Shown here: piece after piece, positions 1-9,486 of the stretch | Numbering within the stretch: position 1 is the stretch's first letter | How the letters are laid out: the number at the start of each line of letters is the position of its first letter | NCBI GenBank assembly: GCA_964252035.1 | Contig: OZ176200.1 | Source: Podarcis erhardii | Taxonomy: Eukaryota | Strand: one strand, 5' to 3' | DNA length: 64,000 nucleotides | Notes under the pieces: model-generated | What the model saw: the letters and a program-made list of their open reading frames with translations, nothing else | Database searches by the model: none | What the model was told of the DNA's origin: nothing | Made by a program: the position numbers and the translations under genes

Positions 1-3000
1 AAAAGCCTGAATTAATCGGAATTATCTAACAGATGCCATGCTACAGAAAACATTCTATCAGTGGAAGCATTCCCATATATTGTTGTCATGTCCAGTTGTT
101 TTTCCTCATGGTGTCTCCAACAGAGCAGATTCTCCAGGACTCTGACCGAGATCCTGCACCCTTCTCCCTCCTGATTGACACCTATATTTTGCTTATTCAA
201 AAGGCATGAGGTTCTGTGGCTGGCTGCTTTGCATAGTGCCTGCCATGCAACTGGATCGTCTTTGCATTTCCTTATCAACTCCAGTACTCTCCCTTATGTC
301 AGAAAGAGTCATGAGTTGTTGGTATTTGACAGTGAGGACCCTGTGAATAGTATATTGTTTTGTTTACTCTCACCAACAAGCATGAGGCAAAGCAGACTCT
401 CATTCCTACAATCAGTCTTGAATCTCTAATGGGATTAGGTTTAATCCTTGTATACAGTTGTCAGAGGGAAAATAAACTTCCTGGAGGCTACAGCTCGCAT
501 CAAATGAGTTTATTACCAGGTTCCTTTAAAAAGCAGAAAATGGAAGTGAAGACTCATATTGGAAGCTATATTATTATTGGTCATTTGTCATATAATGAGA
601 CTACAAGTTCAGTGTATAATATAAGATCTTGCAAGTGTGTATGTGGTGGGGGAGGGGGAAATCTACCAAAACAAGTGGTGTTTTGTTTTCATTTGAACTT
701 CATTAACTTTGTGGATAAAAGTGAAATATTGATTGAAAATTCATGAATACATATACATTCTTATTGAGGCCAGTCATAGTGTATTGATGAAAGTTGTAGT
801 GAATTGTAAACAAAGCTGAAATCGAGCTGTTCTGATAGACCAAATAGAGCTCAGCTACAGGTGTTTCCCTTCCCCTTGCATCAGAAGAAAATTTCCCCAT
901 ATGCATGGATCATGTACCTCCCTATAGAAGGCCATTGAAAGCCACTGGGAGTACAGTGCATTGCTGTTTATATTTATATATTTAAAATACCTGTCATTCA
1001 CTCTACACCCAAGGATTTCAGGGTGGAAAACATAAAACCTTAATTATATAACTGACAGCAAGAACAAAACAAATGAAAAACACATACCAACCTGATAAAA
1101 ATGTCTGACATTTTCTATGTATGAGTTTCCATAAATGCATTTCTTAAATAATCTCACCAGCAATTGCCAGTAGAGTTCCTAAAGTATTCATGAAAAAAGT
1201 TCCCAAGTGGATGAAAGTAATACCTTAGAAAGATAAGAAATCTAGATTTTGCAGCATTTTAGGATGACATGGTGAAACCCAATCATGGATAAATGATAAG
1301 GCCCAATACATTTTTCTGCCTAAAGCCAAGGGTGAGTTGACAACTCCCTTTCCCTGTTCCATGAGCAGAAGCTGATTGAACAGGCACTCAAGACGTACTT
1401 CAGCACTGGCAACGGCCACAAGGAGGCAGCAGGATACTCCTAGCATGTGCGTAACAAGCCTATGTGCGTACACATAGCTCTGGTCTCCAGTAGAGATCAG
1501 ATTGGGAATTTTTTGCTGAAATTCTTATCAGTAGGGTGCAGGGGTTTTGTTGCCTCACTTTCAAGGTGGCCAAGCTGTGTGTTTTCCCTCATTCTGCAAA
1601 TACTCACTCATTACAGTGGTCCTCATTCTGCAGCCTTCCCCAGCATCAGCACTTCCTGGAAAACCCAAAACATCATTTCCTGGGCTTTTCTGCAAACATG
1701 GGAAAGTGGAAAAGGTGCCTAATGTCCAACTGACAGCTGTTCATTGTTAATTATTTTAAGTGGTGTCTTTTTACTTTGAAAGAAATTGGTGTGCAGATTT
1801 TCTTCAAAGGTGAAAGGAAGAACTTCCCTTACAGACATGATCAGTGAGCACACTAATCTCAGGTGCTCAGGAGCTGCCTCACCTAGATTCCCATGCTTTA
1901 ATTAAACACCAGGGAAAGATGTCGTAATTTAAGTGAAAGCATGGGCACCTGGGGAAGATGCAGAAAACTAGATAGTATTGTTAATAGATACTTGAGGTAA
2001 GCTTGAAACCATGCTGGCTGAAATTCTACAGACATTCAAAGGCGGCCTGTAAATTAGGAAGAAAAATGGAAGCCTCCTTCATGGGTTTAAAGAACTTTCA
2101 AGAATCTGGAGGGCAGGTTTCTGCACACCCAGTAAGTCATCTAAGCAGAACACTGGACAAGCATTGGGGCTCCAGAATGTTCCTTGATCCTTCTGCTCCC
2201 CCTGAGAATATTTAAATGCCTGAGTGACAGTGGTCTCTGGCTCTGGTTTCCTTTCCGTTTGCTAAGGCAAAAAAAATGAAATGAAAATTGCATTGAGGGA
2301 GAAGTGAGCACCATCAGTGGTGAGGGAATTGGGACTGAGCTACAAGTCCCAGGATCCCCAAGAAGAAAAGATACCCCCACCTTGGCTAGAACTGATACAT
2401 GGAACATCATCCTTCCATGACTGTCTTGGCACTTGGAGTGCTTAAGAACAATAGTGGATGGCAGGGTGGAGTGCTGGTGCTTCCCCAACCTCTTGACAGC
2501 TGAGTCACTGCTGCTTTGGGGGAAGGAGGGGCGGGGTATGAGGAGCAGGTAGGTTGGATCAGTGCAAACATATTGGCAGAGTCAATCCCCTCCTCTCCCT
2601 ACAGGTAAACAGCAAGGACTCAGATATTAGGAGGTCAGGTGAGCACCGTCACCCCGCCATTGGGCAAGCTATCCTTCAAGGACACTGGTCTACCAGTACA
2701 GAACATCTTATGGAGAAATTCATGATACACTTCTTAAAAACCCCAGGCTCTCCCAGGAAAAAAGTCTGAAAACCATTGCTCTAATTTTAGGCCAAGTCAA
2801 TGGGATATTGCAGCAAAAATGTCTTTTGTTTATTCCTATGATAAACTTGCTCTTTCTCCAGAACTGGAAGAGGGACACTACATCCTCACAGGCTGTATTT
2901 TTGTTGATAATAATACTTATTCAGCAAATATTTGATAATAATAGTAAAACTCATTACCAGCAACGAGGAACAGAGACTCCTAACATGTTATCATATTCTA

Positions 3001-3356
3001 TGCTACTCATTTTCCTCTATTCTTTTGCTATTGTTCTATTCATTATTTAAATCTATGTGACATTTTGGATTCCTTTACCCCACCCCCAAAGATTTAATAC
3101 AATGGGCAGTTATTTTGCCCAAAGTTCATTTTATGGTAGTGCTTTCTGCATCTCTCTTTCTCTTTTAGATTTAATACTACCAGAAATAACAATGCAGAAG
3201 AAAACACCATGCAAAGTTGTGTTACTTACATGCACCATGGAATAACAACATTCCCTAGTCTCAGGGCCAAATTAGGTGAGGCATGAAATGTATGAGTAAA
3301 ATTTGTGTACAGTGGTACCTCAGGTTAAGAACTTAATTCGTTCCGGAGGTCCTTTC

Positions 3357-3380
3357 TTTTTTTTTTTATAAATATTTATT
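3357..3380 (-). terminator. L1 polyadenylation signal and polyA tail
   Basis: TTTATT at 3375-3380 (AATAAA on minus), followed 7 nt later by an 11-T run (3357-3367) that overlaps the TSD. Confidence 0.85.
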
Positions 3381-3660
3381 AAAGTTTTTAAATATAAATG
3401 CACAAATAATAAACAGTCTTACTTCTATCACAGACATAATTTCATCACTTCTTTGGACTTCCTCACGTCTCCCGCTCCCATTTACATCGTTAAAAGTTTT
3501 TTCCAAACAAATTATCAACTTGTTTACAATCTCATGTCCACTCATTCAAATATAATCTAGCACTTCTTCCAAAAAATTTTATATTTTCTTTAGTCTCACT
3601 TATCATCAAATTTCAAATCTAATTTAGTGGTGGCCAGTTTTTTATAATCTAGCATCCTTC

Positions 3661-6600
3661 TTAGCATTCAACCAAATTACAATGTTTTTGTAGATACTTC
3701 TTGAATTTCTCCCAGTCTTCCTCCATCTTCTCTTCTCCCAGGTTACGGATTCTGCCTGTCATCTCGGCCAGTTGCATATAGTCCATCAGTTGCATCTGCC
3801 ACTCTTCCAGTGTGGGTAGATCTTGAGTTTTCCAGTTTTTTGCGATGAGTATCCTTGCTGCCGTTGTTGCATACATAAAGAATGTTCGGTCCTTCTTTAA
3901 CACCTTCTGGCCGACAATACCCAGAAGGAAGGCCTCTGGTTTCTTAGTGAAGGTATACTTAAATACCTTTTTCAGCTCATTATATATCATTTCCCAGAAG
4001 ACCTTCACCTTAGGGCATGTCCACCAGAGGTGAAAGAATGTTCCTTCGTTTTCTTTACATTTCCAACATTTATTATCAGACGAATGGTATATTTTGGCAA
4101 GTTTAACTGGGGTCATGTACCATCTATATATCATTTTCATTACATTTTCCTTCAGAGCATTACATGCGGTGAAGTTCAGCCCAGTGGTCCACAACCTTTC
4201 CCAGTCCTCAAACATAATGTTATGCCCAATGTCCTGTGCCCATTTTATCATAACCGATTTGACCATTTCGTCTTGTGTATTCCATTTTAACAGCAAGTTA
4301 TACATTCTAGATAATACCTTAGTCTTTGGTTCTAACAATTCAGTTTCTAACTTCGATTTCTCCACCTGGAACCCTAACTTTTTATCATTTTTAAAAACTT
4401 CTTTAATCTGAGCATAATGTAACCAGTCTCGCACCTTATCCTTCATTTTCTCTAAACTCTGCAATTTCCAATTGTCTCCATCTTTTTCTAATATTTCCCA
4501 ATATTTTGGCCATTTAGCCTCCATATTGGGTCTTTTTAGGGCCTTAGCCTCCAGAGGTGAGAGCCACCTTGGAGTTTTATTTTCCAGTAAGTCTTTGTAT
4601 TTTATCCAGACATTAAACACTGCTTTCCTGACAATATGGTTCTTAAAGGCCTTATTGATCTTAACTTTGTCATACCATAGGTATGCATGCCAACCAAAAG
4701 CATTGTTAAAACCTTCCAAGTCCAACACGTCAGTGTCTTCGAGAAGTAGCCAGTCTTTTAGCCAGCAAAAAGCTGCGGCTTCATAATACAACTTTAAGTC
4801 TGGCAGGGCAAAGCCCCCTCTTTCTTTCGCATCTGTTAATATCTTAAACTTAATTCTGGGCTTTTTGCCCTGCCAGACAAATCTGGATATATCTTTCTGC
4901 CACTTCCGGAAGCACTCCGTTTTGTCCACGATCTGTAATGTTTGAAACAAAAACAACATTTTTGGCAATACATTCATCTTGATAGCAGCAATTCGGCCTA
5001 ACAAAGAAAGCTTCAATTTTGTCCAACTGTCCAAGTCTCTCTTAATTTCAGACCAACATTTTTCATAATTATCCTTAAATAGACTCAGGTTTTTTGCTGT
5101 TATGTTTACCCCTAGGTATTTTACTTTTTTAACCATAGTTAGTTCTGTTTCTCTCTGAAACCTTTCCGACTCTGTATCTGTCAAATTTTTTCCCAACACT
5201 TTAGTTTTCTGTTTATTTAATTTAAATCCTGCCACCCGACCAAAATCCTGTATCAGTTGTAATACTCTTTTCGTACTAGATTCTGGCTCCTGCAGAGTCA
5301 AAACTAGGTCATCTGCAAAAGCTTTCAATTTGTATTGTTTCGCTCCGACCTGAATCCCTTCCACCAACCGGTCCCCTCTGATCAAGTTCAAGAGCACCTC
5401 CAGAACCGAAATAAATAACAAAGGGGAAATCGGGCAGCCTTGTCGTGTTCCTTTTTCAATTTTGAACTCTTCTGTGACCACATTGTTAACTATTAGTTTA
5501 GCCTTTTGTTCTGAATATATTGCGTCAATCCCATTCTCAAACCCCCGTCCCACTCCCATTTCATTCAAATTTCCCTTCATAAATTTCCAAGAAATATTGT
5601 CAAAGGCCTTCTCCGCGTCTATGAAAATTAACACTGCTTTTGTATTTATATCTGTTTGCAAAAGTTCCAAAACGTCAATAATGTTCCTAGTATTTGCAAA
5701 CATATGTCTGCCTGGGAGAAAGCCTGCCTGGTCTTTATGAATTACTTCATTAAGAACTCTTTTAAATCTACTTGCCAAAATGTCTGCAAATATTTTGTAA
5801 TCCACATTCAGAAGGGAGATGGGACGGTAGTTTTTAAGTTGTGTCTTTTCAGCTTCAGATTTTGGTATCAATGTGATAAAAGCTTCCTTCCACGATTCCG
5901 GCGCCTTCTTCCCTTCCATAATTTCATTACAGACCTCCATCAATGGTTGGATCAGATAGTCTTTTAGTGTCTTATAATACTTGGAGGTCAGACCGTCTGG
6001 CCCTGGAGATTTGCCCAATTGCATGTTCTGGATAGCTTGTTCAATCTCTTGCTGTGTTATTTTGTTGTTCAGGATTAATCTGTTTTTTTGTGACAACTTT
6101 GTTAGACCATTTCTTTCCAAAAATTGTTTAATCTCAACCTCATCTTGCGGCCCTTGAGTGTATAATTTTTTAAAGTATCTCTGGAAGCACTTTCTAATTT
6201 CCATGGGGTTCTGGATATTTCTTCCTTCAATTTCTAGGTTTGTAACTGTATTTAGTTTCTGTCTCTTCTTCAACTGCCAGGCTAGCAGTTTCCCACATTT
6301 GTTTGCCGATTCAAAAGTTTTTTGTTTCATTAATTTAATCTTCCATTCTATTTCTTGGTTTATCAATTTGGAGTATTGAGCTTGATACAGTTTAATTTCT
6401 CTCAGAATCGGCTGTGACTTCGGATTTGATCTTAATTTCTTCTCCAATTCTTTGATTTTCTGCAAAATCTTATCCTTCCTTTCATTTTGTGTTCTTTTCT
6501 TTACAGTGTTCTGTTGTATCAAGAACCCCCTCATGACAGCTTTGCTTGCGTCCCAGATAGTTCTTTTTTCCACCATAGTGTTCATATTTATTTCAAAATA

Positions 6601-7401
6601 ATCCTTTAGAGTTTTTTGGGCCTTCTTGACAATCTCCTGATCTCTAAACAAGCTATCATTCATCTTCCATCTAAAGGAACCGGTTGGCAAAAATGTCATA
6701 TCCATCTTCAGCGCATTATGGTCGGAGCAGGTCTTTGGGCAGATTTCCACTTTTCTGACCTTGGGTGCCAGACCTCTAGATATCCATATTTGGTCGATTC
6801 TTGTCCAAGTCAGTTGGGCTTCAGAGAAGAATGTTCCCTCTCTTCCCAGGGGGTTCTTAGTTCTCCAAATGTCAATCCAGTCCATATTGTCTGCCATTTC
6901 AAAAAAGGTCTTTGGCAGTCTGCCGTCTTTTGTAACATTTTGATTTTGTGACTTATCCATGTTTGTCGATACGACCCCATTCATATCTCCCATCATAATG
7001 ATGTTGTTGTAGTCCAGATAGTCCAGCATAATCTCATGCAACTTCTTGTAAAATTCCGATTTCCCGTCATTTGGTGCATAAATTCCTAATATCAAAATCT
7101 TTTCTCCTTGATATTGTATCTCAATTCCTAATATTCTTCCATGTTCGTCTTTGAATAAGAATTTAGGTGACAGGCTCTCTTTTGCATTTATCACCACTCC
7201 TCGCTTCTTTACTCTGTCCGAAGATATGAATTCTTGACCAAGTCTTTTGTTTATTAACACCTTTCTATGGAGCCTAGTCACATGTGTTTCTTGTAAGCAG
7301 ATAATATCCAATTGTTCTTTTTTTAATATATGAAAAATTTTCCTCCTTTTTTCCGGGATGTTGCAGCCATTAATGTTCCAGCTCAAAAGTTGCAGAGACA
7401 T
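3661..7401 (-). CDS. L1 ORF2p: APE endonuclease + reverse transcriptase + C-terminal Cys-rich domain (1246 aa, uninterrupted)
   Basis: EN motifs SWNING, LQETH, IYAPN, GDMN, RIDQIW, SDHN. RT motifs YRPISLLNVDYK, DAEKAFD, RQGCPISP, FADD, KYLG. C-terminal CWKC...HLWWTC zinc-knuckle-like motif. Confidence 0.97.
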   Translation of the reverse strand: MSLQLLSWNINGCNIPEKRRKIFHILKKEQLDIICLQETHVTRLHRKVLINKRLGQEFISSDRVKKRGVVINAKESLSPKFLFKDEHGRILGIEIQYQGEKILILGIYAPNDGKSEFYKKLHEIMLDYLDYNNIIMMGDMNGVVSTNMDKSQNQNVTKDGRLPKTFFEMADNMDWIDIWRTKNPLGREGTFFSEAQLTWTRIDQIWISRGLAPKVRKVEICPKTCSDHNALKMDMTFLPTGSFRWKMNDSLFRDQEIVKKAQKTLKDYFEINMNTMVEKRTIWDASKAVMRGFLIQQNTVKKRTQNERKDKILQKIKELEKKLRSNPKSQPILREIKLYQAQYSKLINQEIEWKIKLMKQKTFESANKCGKLLAWQLKKRQKLNTVTNLEIEGRNIQNPMEIRKCFQRYFKKLYTQGPQDEVEIKQFLERNGLTKLSQKNRLILNNKITQQEIEQAIQNMQLGKSPGPDGLTSKYYKTLKDYLIQPLMEVCNEIMEGKKAPESWKEAFITLIPKSEAEKTQLKNYRPISLLNVDYKIFADILASRFKRVLNEVIHKDQAGFLPGRHMFANTRNIIDVLELLQTDINTKAVLIFIDAEKAFDNISWKFMKGNLNEMGVGRGFENGIDAIYSEQKAKLIVNNVVTEEFKIEKGTRQGCPISPLLFISVLEVLLNLIRGDRLVEGIQVGAKQYKLKAFADDLVLTLQEPESSTKRVLQLIQDFGRVAGFKLNKQKTKVLGKNLTDTESERFQRETELTMVKKVKYLGVNITAKNLSLFKDNYEKCWSEIKRDLDSWTKLKLSLLGRIAAIKMNVLPKMLFLFQTLQIVDKTECFRKWQKDISRFVWQGKKPRIKFKILTDAKERGGFALPDLKLYYEAAAFCWLKDWLLLEDTDVLDLEGFNNAFGWHAYLWYDKVKINKAFKNHIVRKAVFNVWIKYKDLLENKTPRWLSPLEAKALKRPNMEAKWPKYWEILEKDGDNWKLQSLEKMKDKVRDWLHYAQIKEVFKNDKKLGFQVEKSKLETELLEPKTKVLSRMYNLLLKWNTQDEMVKSVMIKWAQDIGHNIMFEDWERLWTTGLNFTACNALKENVMKMIYRWYMTPVKLAKIYHSSDNKCWKCKENEGTFFHLWWTCPKVKVFWEMIYNELKKVFKYTFTKKPEAFLLGIVGQKVLKKDRTFFMYATTAARILIAKNWKTQDLPTLEEWQMQLMDYMQLAEMTGRIRNLGEEKMEEDWEKFKKYLQKHCNLVEC

Positions 7402-7416
7402 CCTGAATAAATCTGG

Positions 7417-8481
7417 TTATTTTTCAGGGGGTGGTATCTTATTCAGAAGATCTTCAGGGTCCAAGGGTGCAGGTACCTCTGGTGTTTGAGGCCCTGGAAG
7501 TTGGTCAATTCCTTTGTGAAGGTCCTCTCCGTATATGTTCAGAAATTTATCTCTATCTTCTGATGTTCTGATTTTGATCTTCTTCCCTCTAAAAGTAAAA
7601 GATAGTCCTTGAGGAAATTCCCACCTAAAGATGATTGAATTCTTCCTTAGTAGTCTTGTCAACTCCAAATAGTTAGATCTAAGATCTAGCAGTTGTTTAG
7701 GAATATCCTTGTAAATCTCAATTCTTTTGTCCAAAATGTCCAGTGACTTTCCGTAGTGTAGGCCCAAAATCTTATCCCTTTCCTCCTTTGACCTCAGTAT
7801 TATCAAACAGTCTCTGGGCTTCTCTTTCTTTAGAAGTCTTCCGAGCCTAAAAGCCGAAACAATTTTAAAATCCTTTTCCTCTAAACTCCAAAATTTGGAA
7901 AATTCTTTAGTCAAAAACTCAGCTAGGTTGCCTTCTTCCACTTCTGGTATTGCTCTTATCCTTAAATTGCTCTCCCTGTTCCGCAGTTCAAGCATGGACA
8001 AATAGGTCTGATGTTCACCTACTTGTTTGCAGAGTGGTCTTACCTCTTGTTCTAAATTTTCAAGTTTTTGGCTGGTATCTTCAGCCAATTTCCGATTTTC
8101 CCCTGCAGCCTCCTTCAATTCTGCAATTGCTTGAGTATTCTGTGCAACTTGTCCAGATAATTTATTTAAACATTCTGTGTTCTGCTCAATTTTATATGTT
8201 TGCTCATCGGCTTTCTTGTCCAAAGATTCTACTTTCTTGTCCAAAGATTCCAATTTTTCAAAAATTTTCTCTAAAATAGCAGTGCTTGCCCCTGAGGCCA
8301 TATCTTCCAGTTGTAATTCCTCAGTTTCTCCCTCCCCTGCCCGAGGCAGAGAAACAGGCAGAGAGACAGCTTCCACCTCAGAAGGCAAAGTAGGCACAGA
8401 TGATCTACGTGCCTGTGAGGCTGCGGTTAAAGTTGTCAAAGTTGTTTGTTTAGTTCTTCCTCTCCTTCTTGTACCACTCAT
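7417..8481 (-). CDS. L1 ORF1p RNA-binding/chaperone protein (354 aa)
   Basis: Open ORF ending 15 nt upstream of ORF2. Heptad coiled-coil region (LEKIFEKLESLDKKVESLDKK...), RRM start NLRIRAIPE and CTD-like FRWEFPQGLSFTFRG, as in L1 ORF1 (Transposase_22-type) proteins. Confidence 0.92.
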   Translation of the reverse strand: MSGTRRRGRTKQTTLTTLTAASQARRSSVPTLPSEVEAVSLPVSLPRAGEGETEELQLEDMASGASTAILEKIFEKLESLDKKVESLDKKADEQTYKIEQNTECLNKLSGQVAQNTQAIAELKEAAGENRKLAEDTSQKLENLEQEVRPLCKQVGEHQTYLSMLELRNRESNLRIRAIPEVEEGNLAEFLTKEFSKFWSLEEKDFKIVSAFRLGRLLKKEKPRDCLIILRSKEERDKILGLHYGKSLDILDKRIEIYKDIPKQLLDLRSNYLELTRLLRKNSIIFRWEFPQGLSFTFRGKKIKIRTSEDRDKFLNIYGEDLHKGIDQLPGPQTPEVPAPLDPEDLLNKIPPPEK

Positions 8482-9164
8482 TCCAAAGTTATCTAAAAGT
8501 CAAGGTCAAGCTGAGTTGTTCCCATGAGAAAGCCACAGCCCAGATGGTAACAGTCAGCAGAGGGCCGGGAAAGGGAAAGTAAAATAAAAGTCACTGTTAT
8601 AGGTCCCAAATCCTCTAGGGGGAGTTTAAAATATTTCAGGAAAGAAATCAATTTCAGTTAAAATAAAGTCAGATTTCTAAGTCCAAGAACCTTCAATAAA
8701 GAGATTTTTCAGCAGAGTTGAGGTTTAATACAGCAACAGTGTTTCTGATGGTGCAAGCTGGTAACAAATGCCTTAAAGTAGCAAGTTCAAATTCTCTCAG
8801 ATTGTTTCAAAGTTCAGATTCAAAGTATCCAAACTGCAAACTGCAAGCTGACAGCTCAGTTTCTCAGGCAGCTCCAGCGCCTGGGGTTTTTAGTTAAAAT
8901 GTAGCTCCAAAGGGAGAAAGATATCCCCGTATAAATTAAAATATAAAAGTCCAACACATAAAATTATTGTTCCACTTTGAATAAAGTTCAATGGGTGCTC
9001 AGATCAAGTAATTTAAAAGATCTCTCTTTGCCTCCACTCCTCCAGCTCTTTGCGTTCAAGTTCAATGGGAGCGGAAGACGGACTTCCTGTTTTTCGTCAC
9101 TCCGCTTTCAGCCAAATTTAATATTTTAGAGTCCCAAATTGCATACAGTCAGTTGTTTACTCAC

Positions 9165-9486
9165 GAGTTGTTGTTTTTAGAGCATAAATTTCAGGAAGAA
9201 AGGTCAGCGCTCACTGGCAACAGCTACGCGGCTTCACTCCGCCGATTGCGGAACGACCCACAGCGCCGCAGCCTCCTCCGCGATCCGGAGCCCCTTACGG
9301 GGTTCCTTCAACGTTTCGGTGGCCGCTGCTGGCGCCCGCCGGGTCCCGGGACCGCAGGCTTCTGCTGCCTGCGGGTTTCCGTTTCGGGTCTCCGCTGCGC
9401 CGTAGCGGACGACCCTTTCTCGAGCGGAGCTTCCCTTCCCGTTAGGAAAGGGCAGCCATTGCCCTTCGCGCCGCCTCCGGAAGTCC
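9165..9486 (-). promoter_or_regulatory. CpG-rich L1 5' terminal region, presumed internal Pol II promoter
   Basis: Dense unmutated CpGs at 9220-9486. ETS-type motif CCGGAAGT at 9477-9484, at the very 5' end. The promoter function is inferred from other L1s. Confidence 0.65.

Larger units (their letters stand above)
3359..9486 (-). mobile_element. Full-length LINE-1 (L1 clade) retrotransposon, ~6.1 kb
   Basis: Two long open ORFs (ORF1-like, and APE-RT ORF2). Perfect 16-bp TSD CCGGAGGTCCTTTCTT at 3343-3358 and 9487-9502. T-run at 3357-3367 (polyA on the minus strand) next to AATAAA. GC/CpG-rich 5' end beginning GGACTTCCGG. Insertion site TCTT/AA resembles the L1 endonuclease consensus TTTT/AA. 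Confidence 0.97.

Noticed and set aside
1369-1443. Protein-like stretch KLIEQALKTYFSTGNGHKEAAGYS* after a pyrimidine tract
   Set aside because: Not recognised, an earlier AG competes and no linked exons were found. A tBLASTn/BLASTx hit to a vertebrate protein would overturn this.
3845-8527. Many plus-strand ORFs antisense to L1 ORF1/ORF2
   Set aside because: Shadow frames of the L1 coding sequence.
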